Part shown: positions 1 to 11,183 of the stretch, in pieces | Layout: each line of letters begins with the position of its first letter | How positions within the stretch are numbered: the stretch's first letter is position 1 | Assembly (NCBI GenBank): GCA_032718475.1 | Contig: JAUCBJ010000309.1 | Span: 1-40,268 of the forward strand | Direction: 5' to 3' | DNA from: Nemertoderma westbladi | Lineage: Eukaryota; Animalia; Xenacoelomorpha | Length of the DNA stretch: 40,268 nucleotides | Position numbers and translations under genes: made by a program | The notes under the pieces: generated by a model | Database searches by the model: none | Seen by the model: the letters and a program-made list of their open reading frames with translations, nothing else | What the model was told of the DNA's origin: nothing

Positions 1-1730
1 ATAACTTCGCTATCGGCATCTTTAAACTTTTTGTCTTCTAGGTTAAGCACAAAATCCTGGAAGTTATCCATAATTGATTCCTCATCACGCTTACGTCGCG
101 AAATATCAGAGTAATTTGGTTCCACTATCGAAAGAATATAATTAGCGTCAATATCAGTGTAGCTACCATCATGAGGTATTACAAACAGGCATCTACATAA
201 CTCTATGTTTGTTTGAATAATAGACTTGAATCCGTACAAATCTAAACCTTTGACAAATTCTTCTAAGTACAGGCGCCTCCTCGATAATAAACTTATGGAT
301 ATTGTATCCTTTATCGCTATCAAGTTATTTTGGTTAATTATCCCAGTATACCCATGCTCTCTCACCAAATCGCCACAATCATCAGGAAAATCTTCAATAT
401 TTTTAAGAAGATCATTATCGATAGGGGATAATAATTTGGCTCTATCAAATGACTTTATGTTACAGTTGGCACTATCGAGTAGGTCATAACAAGAACCATG
501 CAGAAACTTGGGTGCGGGGCCACCTTGAACCAAACTCGTTGCAACAATTTCACCAGCAGCTTCAAAATTTCCATTCTGCACATTCAGCATAGAGTCCACC
601 GGCACTCCGTTCGGAAACAAATGTTTTCCCAATTCGGCAATAGTATGCGCTAAAAATTCTTTGGCAATGGCGCCGCTGTCAATACCATCTTCGCCAATCA
701 TCTTGACAGTCAAGCGTTGTTTTGCGGGGTTTTTTATTCTTTCACGTTTCCACAACTCTAATATCCGATAAACTGGAGACCCCCGCCGTAGCACTAAATA
801 GAATTGGCTAGAGTTATCAACTACAGTCGAGATAGAGGATAACAGTTGCGGTATGCTCTCATACAGGGGTATGTGTGCTGGCAAAGCGTTCTCCATTAAC
901 AAAAAATGTAATTGGTCATCCAGACTTGGACTATTATCAACTGTCTCTAGAACAAGATTGGAAATTTCATCACGACCCCTTAAATCGATTACCGGTATTT
1001 CAGGTATGTTGTTCGATTCATTAGATATTGGGGCAATCATTTCAATTTCATTAAATAGCGGCTCAAGATTCTCTTTCCCATCGTCTAAATCAGACAGGTC
1101 GAGTATTCTATTTTTACAACGTTTACGCGGTGGTGAACTATCACTGTCTGTATCACCATTAGAGGGCTGCTGGGACTTTGCTAAATCGTCATCGGTACAA
1201 AGATAAAGGACTATGCGCTTATACTGCTTGCCAATATTGTTCTTGAACGATTTCAAAATAAAGGGGGTTGATGTTCCTGGAATAATTTTCGATATTTCGC
1301 CATTGTCTAAGCACAGGCAATAAATCTTCCTTGAGTTAAAACAGTTTGGATTATAGACTTTCCACTTTTCTAATGCTTTACTAAGTATCTCTTCATATCC
1401 ATCCGATTCCGACACCCGCAAAGGTAGTCGTTTACCTCGTTTCGGTTTTAACTGTTCTGACATATCACACCACTCAAATAAACCAATTGTGATAACTACA
1501 TCGGAAGACGGCTTTGGCTTAGAAACAGTTTGTTTCCATTGCTTACCCTTTGCAGTCACATAATCATTTAATGACAGCACATGGGCTGGTCTTGGCGTAA
1601 CGTTTTCACCACTAATACTCGAAGGATTATTAATAGCTGTACTCGGGGAATCATAGTTCACGGGTGAACCACAGGATTTACAAAACATGTCTCCATCAAC
1701 AAGATACTTTCCGCATTTCGTACAAAACAT
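1..1730 (-). CDS. Intronless zinc-ribbon + HECT-domain protein (G2E3-like HECT E3 ligase family), 3'-partial
   Basis: Absent from the ORF track, consistent with no stop before the window edge. ATG at 1730 gives MFCTKCGKYLVDGDMFCKSCG (CxxC..CxxC). The same frame at about 720-500 gives RLTVKMIGEDGIDSGAIAKEF...GEIVATSLVQGGPAP, a HECT N-lobe signature. The frame was spot-checked, not verified codon by codon. Confidence 0.8.
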   Translation of the reverse strand, partial: MFCTKCGKYLVDGDMFCKSCGSPVNYDSPSTAINNPSSISGENVTPRPAHVLSLNDYVTAKGKQWKQTVSKPKPSSDVVITIGLFEWCDMSEQLKPKRGKRLPLRVSESDGYEEILSKALEKWKVYNPNCFNSRKIYCLCLDNGEISKIIPGTSTPFILKSFKNNIGKQYKRIVLYLCTDDDLAKSQQPSNGDTDSDSSPPRKRCKNRILDLSDLDDGKENLEPLFNEIEMIAPISNESNNIPEIPVIDLRGRDEISNLVLETVDNSPSLDDQLHFLLMENALPAHIPLYESIPQLLSSISTVVDNSSQFYLVLRRGSPVYRILELWKRERIKNPAKQRLTVKMIGEDGIDSGAIAKEFLAHTIAELGKHLFPNGVPVDSMLNVQNGNFEAAGEIVATSLVQGGPAPKFLHGSCYDLLDSANCNIKSFDRAKLLSPIDNDLLKNIEDFPDDCGDLVREHGYTGIINQNNLIAIKDTISISLLSRRRLYLEEFVKGLDLYGFKSIIQTNIELCRCLFVIPHDGSYTDIDANYILSIVEPNYSDISRRKRDEESIMDNFQDFVLNLEDKKFKDADSEV

Positions 1731-2380
1731 TTTCCTTCATTTACAAGGAAAGCAAGAATACAAGGAAGAACAGCTTAACATGTTAACAGTAACAGTCCTA
1801 TATCTAGGCCTAGGTACCATACCTAATCATTACCGAATTATGTCTAACCTAACTGTATTACAGTACTGCAGTATTAACCAAACAGACTTAATACCTACTA
1901 CTGTACTATAGTTACAGTAGGCTACTCCAGCACTCTGCTGCTCTGGTACGTACTAGAGCGCAGTCCGCTCCGTTACTACCTATTTTCTAATCCCTAATCA
2001 ATCTATCAATACAGGTTCCGGCATCCAACAGTTCAAGCAAGATGATAGGGCTGTAAGGGCCTAATCCAGTAATCTCTGAATCTAGTTCATAGTTAGCTCT
2101 GTCATCTGTATGTCTGTAGCTACATATAGTCATGGTACACTGGTACTGGTACATGTCAAGGTACATGTAGGCCTAGTCCTTAGATACTGGGATATTACCG
2201 AACCGGTACCGGTGAGTACATCAGTACTCTATACTGCAGTACGTAATGAGGTACCGGTATCGCAGTATCTACAGGGTTACAGCTTAATTAATGTAACTCC
2301 ACAACATGCAACTCTCTGACTTTTACAGCTTTCTGACTTCAACTTTCTGACTAATACTTTTTTATATTTTAATTTCTGCA

Positions 2381-2704
2381 CTGGCTTCTTTGTATTTTGC
2401 CCTGCTCTTTGTTTTCTGCCCTGGCTTCTTTGTATTTTGCCCTGCTCTTTGTTTTCTGCCCTGGCTTCTTTGTATTTTGCCCTGCTCTTTGTTTTCTGCC
2501 CTGGCTTCTTTGTATTTTGCCCTGCTCTTTGTTTTCTGCCCTGGCTTCTTTGTATTTTGCCCTGCTCTTTGTTTTCTGCCCTGGCTTCTTTGTATTTTGC
2601 CCTGCTCTTTGTTTTCTGCCCTGGCTTCTTTTTATTTTGCCCTGCTCTTTGTTTTCTGCCCTGGCTTCTTTTTATTTTGCCCTGCTCTTTTATTTCCTGC
2701 CCTG
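2381..2704. repeat. 40-bp tandem repeat, about 8 copies
   Basis: Unit ctggcttctttgtattttgccctgctctttgttttctgcc, near-identical copies. Confidence 0.97.
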
Positions 2705-2727
2705 GCAGTTGTGGGCCACCGTAGATG

Positions 2728-4343
2728 TTAATATATTGGGGCCCATACACCTATCCGCAATAACTCTCCCCTCCCCTGGATATATGTTATGTCCCTGCAT
2801 GCTATAGTCATACTGTTGTGCTGGTCCGGTATAGGCCTATCCACTTCTGGCCTACCTACCGGTATGTACTCCGCGACTTCCGGGTTTAATCCCGTCGTCC
2901 GCGCTGCCCTATCGCCTACATTATCTCTCCCAGCATGGCCTATAGTATGTGCAGTAAGGCCTACAGTATGTCCTGCAGTCTGTATGTGTCCCTCCGGACC
3001 GAAGTTTAGCCTTCTCGAATAATCCAAGAAGTCCTCCCCGCGGCTACCGTATCCTCGATCGGCAGCTATATCCTGTCGGGAAGTTTCTCTTCGATCCCCT
3101 CTACTATTCTCGTCCTCATACCGGTACGCCCTGTACCCCTCTCTCGGCGTATAGTACACCTCGCCAGGTCGCGTTTCTCCGGGACGACGGCAATCTCCCG
3201 GAGTTCGACCCCACCGACTCTCCAACTCCATCTCTACTACCGATGGCTCGCTATCCGTCCTCACTCTCCTGTCGCTCACAACGACACTTCTTCTACTCTC
3301 TTCGTCGTCTCGACGTCTCGTCGCTCGCCCTCTCGCGACGTCAACCTCTCTCTCTCTACCCGGTCGCACGCCGCTGGGGATATTCGTAACCCCCCTACCA
3401 TTCTCCGTCGCCGGGTGCTGCGGTTCACCTAGTCCGCCCCGCGCATTGTCCGCCGACGCCTGTGGGGCACTCTCTGCCCCCCCCCCCCCCCCCCCCCCTC
3501 TCGCCGCTAATCTCTTCTTGTGGGGCTCCTGTAGACCCCCCCACTCGCCACCTGTCACTTCACTATCTCTCACTTCGCTTCTACACCCCCTCTCTAGTAG
3601 ACGCACTAACTCTAGTGCGGCAGGGTCCATTCACCCCCGCCTCTCCCTCTATCACTACGTGGCCTGGCAGGCTCCCATCGGGTTGACTCACCCTCGCTAC
3701 TCCCTGCGTATTAACTACGCAGCCTACCAGGCTCCCATCGGGGTCTCTCACCCCCGTTACTCCTTGCGTACTAGCTATGCGGCCTACCAGGCCCCCACTG
3801 GTCGGACCACCTGCATCTGCCGCGTTCATATTAATAGCACCAGTATCAATACTATTTTCTAAATTATTTAAATTATTAGAATTATTCTCTGAATTCGGAT
3901 TATTATTTAAATTATTTTGTATATTTTGGTTAGAGTTGGGGTTATTTTGTTCGTTTGAATTAAGATTATTATTTAGATTATTTTGCGTATTTTTTAAATT
4001 TAACTTATTTGAATTATTTTGTATATTCGGATCTAGATTATTATTTGAATTATTTCCTACATTTAAATTTGGACCGTTCGGATTTAAATTAATATTATCG
4101 GGCAAAATATTATTTCCTGCAATGAAAGTTTGATTAGGATTATCTACTACGGTACTATTAATATTAACGTCCTCTAATGTATTGTTATTACCCCCCCCCC
4201 CCCCCCCCCCCCCCCCGCCCGTACGGTTACACCAGTCTTGGGTCTGTCGTCCGGTACCTGTAAGTGGGGTATTAACAAACGTTTCCATAACTTCTGGCTC
4301 CTCGTAAAAACTACCCGAGCCAGCCTCACTCTCTGATAGCCCC
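2728..4343 (-). pseudogene. Distal half of a decayed gag-like ORF (BEL/Pao-like LTR element)
   Basis: ORFs 3581-4288 and 2728-3630 are offset by one frameshift. They contain an Asn-rich tract, 20-aa repeats and LNPEVAEYIP. They continue in frame from the 9184-10530 piece across the TGATAGCCCC direct repeat (LAQLGLS|ESEAGSGSFYEEPEVMETF). Confidence 0.6.
3654..3800. repeat. 60-bp imperfect coding repeat, about 2.5 copies
   Basis: caggctcccatcggg...ctcaccc...tactcc.tgcgta recurs every 60 bp and encodes TQGV...PDGSL repeats. Confidence 0.8.
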
Positions 4344-5800
4344 TACTACTACTACTAGGATCGGCATGCAGCATTGCAGCTGCATTTTTAAGAATGCTGT
4401 GCCGGCTTGTCAACAAAATTGCACCGCCACAACTCCCTATCACCCATGACATTTGCTAGATCATCCGCATCTTTAAGGCCAGTGTCCTTTAAGATGCGTC
4501 TCAAGAAAGTCATGGGCTGTCCACCATGCTTATTCACTCCATGAGGCTGCCAAAGTACAAGATTATGCACTGGCTGGTCCTCACGGCGAAAGCAATGTCC
4601 TGCAAAGCGGAGGCGATTTTGTTCTAGTGTCAAGCTTGGGGGAACCAATGAGACACCTCCAATGTTATATAGTGTCTGGTTGGAGATGTGTGCATTGTAC
4701 TTGACACAATGAACCCGGCGTAGCATTCTTGTGATGTGCCATCCAGAGATTTGGTGTCCTCTGCAGTTAGAGCCCAGCATGGACTCCCGTAGAGGAGTAC
4801 TGGAACTACTGCTGCTCTAAATAATCGGACCTTAAGTTTCCGATTAATTCTCGGTGACTTCCAAATCCTGGAAAGCCTATTCAAGGGCTGCCCATGCCTT
4901 TCCCTTACGTATTCGGATCCATGATCCCAGGTAACAGAAGTCGTCCACATGCTCAAGCATACCATCCTTTGAGCTTATGCTCATCCGATCAGAGACTTGC
5001 TGAGGACTTTCAAAGTTAACTGTCAGAATTTTGGTCTTTCTGGAGTTAATAAAAAGACCAACACTAGAAGCAGCATGTTCTAATGAGCTGAGGAGCCGTT
5101 GGGCTCCCTCTAATGATTCTGAGAGTACTCCTAAGTCATCAGCAAAGTCTAGATCAGTTAGGTACTTGGCAGGATTTCCTCGACTTCTGGAGCCAGTAGG
5201 TGGAGTTATCATCACCCCATCATCATTATGATGATCTAAGGACATGCGTAGAACATAGTCAACCACAATAATGAACAAGAATGGTGCAAGTGTGTCTCCT
5301 TGGAGGACGCCCCATAACACTTCAAATGGTTCTGTGTCACCGTCAACAGTAGACACAAATGTTGTCGAACCATCGTATACTGATCTGATTGCTGCAATAA
5401 TTTCATCAGGAATCCCATATAATGAAAGTATGCTGAACATACGTGAGCGAGAGACTGAATCAAAGGCCTTGAAGAAGTCAACAAAGATAACAGCCAGATG
5501 CCTGTCTTTCTTTTTTGATAATTCTTCAATTATCCTTCTAAGTGCCAAAATGGGCTCCATGGTCCCACGACCTTTACGGAACCCATTCTGATTTCCACGG
5601 AGCAGTCTCTCAATGGGATCCCTGATGCGATTTAATAGAATCCTATTGTATAGCTTTGCAGCAATCGAGATCAATGAGATTCCCCGAAAAGAACCATAGA
5701 GTGTTAGGTTGCCCTTCTTGGGAACTGGCACCAACTTATTTGTTTTCATTTCTTGTGGGACTCTTGTTGTACGGTACATGTCTAATATGATGGGATAGAG
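4344..5800 (-). mobile_element. 5'-truncated RTE-type non-LTR retrotransposon (RT, frameshifted)
   Basis: RT motifs FRGISLISIAAKLY, FVDFFKAFDSV, GVLQGDTLAP, LDFADDL, FCYLGS. RTE-like C-terminus KVRLFRAAVVPVLLYG..W and RLRFAGHCFR. (TAG)n 3' tail at 4344-4358. Confidence 0.9.
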
Positions 5801-5861
5801 TCAAAGCTTGGCTTTGACTTAGCCATTGACTCCAACACTGTAATACCTGTTATTATATAGA

Positions 5862-8563
5862 ATAGTACTCCTGTATACGGAAACGTTTTTCACCAGTATT
5901 AATTTTAATAATTTAAACTATTATTCTTTTATAGAACCAGCCCGTAAGCCAGAAAAAGGCCGACCTATTGGCGGCCTAATAATTTTATGTAAACCCCACA
6001 CTAACCCATTACTCATTGCCAGAGATGAATATTTTATTGTTGTTAAAACTGATATATCATTCTTCATTGTTCTGTACTTTCCGCCCGAAAAATCCCTGGC
6101 TGATATTGCACTGACAATAAATAGTGCTTTATCCCATACTGATTGTCAATCAATGATTGTTGTTGGTGGTGATTTTAATTGCAGGCTAGATAGTGGCTCA
6201 CGAGGTCTCGAACTAAATGATATTTTCTGTAATTTAAATTTCCTATGTCTCAATTCGGAGAAATGCCACACCTATATCTCCCCACAGGGTAGCAGCACCA
6301 TTGACTTGCTATTTATAAGATATCCCGGTACCGTCCCCCCACTGCCACCAGTCCCACATATCACACTGAACCCAATCCGCAAACACCAAAAAATATCAAT
6401 AGATATAGAGGTTGCTGTCTCAATATATTGTAGACTCGAAACTCGCCCCCCTCCACTGAGTAGAAAGTTGAATGTACTGCAGCTAAGGAACGACAGTAGG
6501 CTACAACTAGCTACACAAAAATTAGAAACAGACTTTGACATAAACGGCGCCACTGAGCTACTGACTAGCACTATAACCGACGCAACTACCTCTGAAAACT
6601 CTAGAACTAATGGAAGGCGTTGGTATGACAACGAATGTAAACAAATGAAGCAACAACTTCAATCTGCCATGACCCGCCGTGAAAACTCTCCCGCAGACAC
6701 TGTGACATACTGGAACCTCCGCAGACAATACAAAAAACTTATTAAACAAAAACGGGAAGAGTTTGAAGAAGCATCACTTATTAAGCTCATCGAACGCACG
6801 GAAATTAAACCCTGGACCTTATTTGAAAAACCAAAACCTAGCATCGCCCCTATCAACCTTGAAACTTTGGAAAAACATTTCCAAAACCTGCTGGGTAACA
6901 AATGTAACCCACCGGACATCCCAGAAATACCATCACCGACTGCCGCAGAACTCAACGACGGAGCTTGGTACAATGATGACATAACTAGTGAGGAAGTACT
7001 AGCCAGTATAAACGATACCTGCAATAACAAAGCCTGTGGAACTGATAAAATCTACTACGAACACATTAAAGGTGCTCTTCCACTCATCCTAAACCTTATA
7101 ACTCTACTATTCAACGTATGTCTTAATATTGGGAGTATACCAACTACCTGGAAACTGAGTATCATAAAGGTGTTGTACAAGAATAAAGGTGCTATAACTG
7201 ACCCGGAGAACTACAGAGGGATCGCTCTTCTCTGCGCCTTTCTAAAGATCCTCACGTCAACAATTAACAAGAGAGTCAGAAGATTTACAGGCCACTTAGT
7301 ACCCCTAGAACAATTCGGTTTCCAAGTAGGAAAATCAACACGCCAAGCAATACACCTACTTCTCAACGATATTTCAACAGCTCTCCGCTCTGAAAATGCC
7401 AACGACCGCAGGCTATTTGTAGCTTTCATTGACTTTCGGAAAGCCTTCGACTTCGTTAACCGAGGAATACTACTGTCTAAGATCCACAGTTTTGGAATAA
7501 AGGGCAAATTATACAATCTAATCAGAGACATTCTAGAAAACAGCATCCGAATATATGACGGCCTACAACTATCCAATGCTATACAACAGCTTCGTGGAGT
7601 CCTTCAAGGAGACTGTTTCAGCCCGACCTGCTTCTTAATTTTCATCACCGACCTAGCCACTGTTCTCCGACAAATAGCCTCCTCTCTCAAATTCTTATTC
7701 TTCGCTGACGACCTTGCCATATATTCGAAAAACCCACTGGATATCCAACATGCCCTAGATGCATTACATAATTGGTGTAAAGCCAACAACATGGAAGTAA
7801 ACTTGAAGAAAACAAAAATAATCAAATTTAGAAATGGAGGTAGACTTGCTATGATGGATAAATTCACCTATGACGGAAATGTTGTAAACATAGTAAATGA
7901 ATATGAATATCTCGGAATTACTCTCCAACCGACACTCTGCTTCACTAAACATATTTTAGATAAAAAGAAAAAAGCGTATAGCGTCATCGGCTCCCTTTCG
8001 AAACTACACCTTCTTTCAATCGAGACTGGCCTCAAAATATACCGAATGAAAATACAGCCAATGGTAACATATAGTCTTGAAGAAATTGGCCCATATCTTT
8101 CGCTAACAAACCTCATTGACCTTGATAAAACAAAAACCTGCCATATCAAACATATGTTAAGACTACACACGTCAGCCTCCTCCACCCTCGCACTAAAACT
8201 GGTAGGTGAAAACAGCTTATGCGATGACATTCTTACCAAACACCCGAACATTTTTTCAACGACAGTAACCGCTCAATACAGAACCCATCGGAGAGACAGA
8301 GAATCAAATTTCGAAGCCAACTACCCCATCCCTGGCCCAGCTTTTACATCTACAACATGGAAACGGGCGGGACAGACATACAGACACACCATCACCAGAT
8401 TCACCTCCCACGGTTTTCACCACTTACTTTGCTCAAACAAGACTCCATTCCTATTATACTGACCCCTGACTGCTCCTGTACCTACTGTAAAAATCCATGC
8501 GAGGACCGATACCACGCACTATCATGCACAAAATGTCCCTCATTACACGACCTAGCGAAATAA
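5862..8563 (+). mobile_element. 5'-truncated APE-endonuclease/RT LINE ORF2 (probably CR1/L2/Crack group)
   Basis: Frame reads open from about 5862: YTETF, GRPIGG, GGDFNCR and TYISPQGSSTIDL (APE); NYRGIAL, FIDFRKAFD, GVLQGDCFSP, FFADDL and YEYLG (RT). After a frameshift near 8460 there is a Cys/His knuckle CTYCKNPCEDRYHALSC. Clade is inferred. Confidence 0.92.
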
Positions 8564-9183
8564 TAAACTCTACTACCAGCTCCCTTTCAAACACCCCCCC
8601 CCCCCCCCCCCCTCCCTCCTTATTAGAACTACCCAACGCTTTACTTTATTACTTACAATATAATACCCAGTTAATTATAATTTTCTTAGGATGTGAACTA
8701 TATATCTTTCATAGTTAGGCCTATTTAATCTCCTAAATTAAATCTATTTATCTCTAATTTGAGGCGCCACTTATTATCCTGCTATGCAATTAAATTCTAC
8801 CATCCTTAATAATTATCTAATAGCATTGCCTTATTTATTACCATATTTAATAACTTGTGTGCATTTACTGGCTTAATTATAATAATTTTCATATAATATT
8901 TGACCTTAAACTATTAGTCTAATTATGATTTACTGTGCGCGTACAATGTACATACCTATTATCAATATTATAATATATATTTACCCCGACTGGGGGTGTA
9001 TCTTCATGTAAAAAAAAAATATAGAATAAGAACGTCAGTCCGTGCCCGTGGGAAAATGTAGATATAGTGACAACTCTATTAAATGGAGTCGTAAAAAACA
9101 AGTTAGTAACTACATTTATTACTTTAATGATATCAATTTAGACTAACTTATTATACACTTGCTAATCTAAAACCACAAATCAA

Positions 9184-10530
9184 TGATAGCCCCAGCTGCG
9201 CCAGTTCTAATCGGCGCTTCTGTTTGGCCTGATATTGCATAAGCCCCCTCAGCCAGGCGTGTATATCATCCTGCACACGCTTTCCCGTTCTCTCTCTCTC
9301 CCTATCCTCTCGCAAACTCTGCTCGGCCAGCTCCGCCTCTCTCGTCTCGCGCTCCTTACGCTCGCTCGCCCCTCTCGCCTCACGCTCTTTACGTTCACTC
9401 GCCACCTTACGCTCTTTACGTTCGCTCGCCTCTCTCGCCGCCTCACGCTCTTTATGTTCGTTCGCCTCTTTCGCCTCACGCTCTTTATGTTCGTTCGCCT
9501 CTCACTCCGCCTCACGCTCTTTACGCTCGTTCGCCTCTTTCGCCTATCTCGCCTCTCGCTCCTTTCCTTCCCTTGTTTCTATCTCCTCACACTCTCTAAA
9601 GTTTCTCGCGACCCTCTCAGCCCTCTCTTTATTCTCTCTCGCCAGCTCTCTCTCTCTTTCTAACAACGCAGTTCCCTCTTCCAACTGCCTCTCTAACTCT
9701 TTCTGGTCTAGCGCCACCATGTCTAATTGACACACCAGATCTATTTCTAACACCCTTCTTGCTTTTGCGGAGGATGTAGCGGACTTGTCGGTCGCGATGG
9801 ACTCCCGTCGCCTCTCTGTCCTACTAACTTTCTCCCGCTTTCTGGGGTTCTCGCTAACCGACGAGACCGAATCCTCGGGGTTAATCTCGGATTCGCCCTC
9901 GTGCGGGTCTGCCCAACCCACTAACTTAATTCCCCTAGCATCCACTAAATACGGCCCTATGTACACTATCTGGGGCTCCATTATCCCGGATCGCCACAGT
10001 TCAAATAGTTCGGCGGCGACCCCCCTCCATCTCTCACTGGCTAGTTCTCCCTGCCCGAAGCGAACTAGGTAGCTAAAGTGTTTATTCGACTCACCTAGTC
10101 GCTGGTTTAACCTTTTCTGGTCTACCTTTACTCCTTATCTAGCCTCCTTAAGCTGTTTCTTTGTCGCGTTGTAGGCTCGTCGGAGCCAGTCACTGGTTCC
10201 GACGTCCTCGTCGCCGACCTCTCCTCCTCCCCTCCTGGTTCGGCGTCGTACCGGCGGCCCCACCGTCGCCATTTCGATGGGCCGTCCGTCGCCCTCGGCC
10301 TGTGGCTGGCCGGCGACATCGGTATGTCGACCGCCGTCGTGTGTCGACTCGTCCTCTCGTCCTGGTAGACGGCCGCCCTCCGCTTGAGCTGCCGGATCGT
10401 CTCTTTCCGGCGTGTCCGGCGTTGCGGGTCGATACCGTCGCGTCGCGGCCTCACGGATCGTTTCGTTGGTATCGTCCGGGGTCCGCGGCGGTGTCATCTC
10501 TCCCTCTAGATTTCGGGGCTCCGCGCTCAT
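9184..10530 (-). pseudogene. Proximal half of decayed BEL/Pao-like gag
   Basis: ORFs 10135-10530, 9544-9981 and 9151-9405 share one frame, broken by in-frame stops. EINPEDSVSSVS...SSAKARR followed by an E/R coiled-coil resembles BEL/Pao gag N-termini. Confidence 0.6.
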
Positions 10531-10626
10531 CTTTAACTTTCTACTGAGTCTTGGTGGCTGGCAGTCACAGTTTTGCAGTTCTTTGGATTTCGTACTGTGA
10601 CGGGATCAGTGGATCCCGACCGGTTT

Positions 10627-11183
10627 TGTTTCGTTACGCGTCACCGCGTTGTTGTGAAAAGATAATAGTTAGGGTAAACCTAGTTGTTGTTCTGATATCG
10701 TTTGACTAACTGACGCAGATATAATATAATAGCACAGTTGAGAAATAAATGTAAAGGCAGAAATAAATGTAGTACCGGTAGTGGCGGTGACGGTACGAAA
10801 TGTCACCGTACTGCACCTGATGACTGAGTAAACTGAGTAACTTTACTGCATGCAATATAATATATACATTGGTTAATCCTACAGTATCTTGCCCTCTGTA
10901 CCTAGCGGACGCTTTCCTCTCCCATTGGTTGATATACTAATTCTCGGCTCCCACCTCTGTGGGAGTGCTCCCCCCCCCCCCCCCCCCCCCGCTGCTGTTA
11001 CTTTCCCTCTCCAAGAGGTTTGACCTATAACCTCTTTTGTGTGGCCCTTTGGGGACGTGTGTTGTCCCCGTTATTGGGGGTGATACGAGGTTGATTGTAA
11101 TCAACCTCGTACTCCCCAATATTGCTTAAAACGCCACTTCCCAACTTTATGGGGTCGGTGGGGCGGAATTGAATCCGCTCACA
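10627..11183 (-). mobile_element. Putative 5' LTR of the gag-bearing element
   Basis: Minus strand starts TGTGAGCGG exactly at the satellite edge, upstream of gag. The inner boundary is approximate; no second LTR or clear PBS was found. Confidence 0.35.

Noticed and set aside
2277-2807. Lys-rich and hydrophobic ORFs
   Set aside because: Translations of the 40-bp repeat in several frames.
6272-8251. Short minus-strand ORFs over the LINE, and plus-strand ORFs over HECT and KDM1A
   Set aside because: Antisense shadows of real coding frames with no recognisable motifs.
10785-10840. Second hammerhead candidate (GAAA...CTGATGA)
   Set aside because: Stems I and II do not pair.
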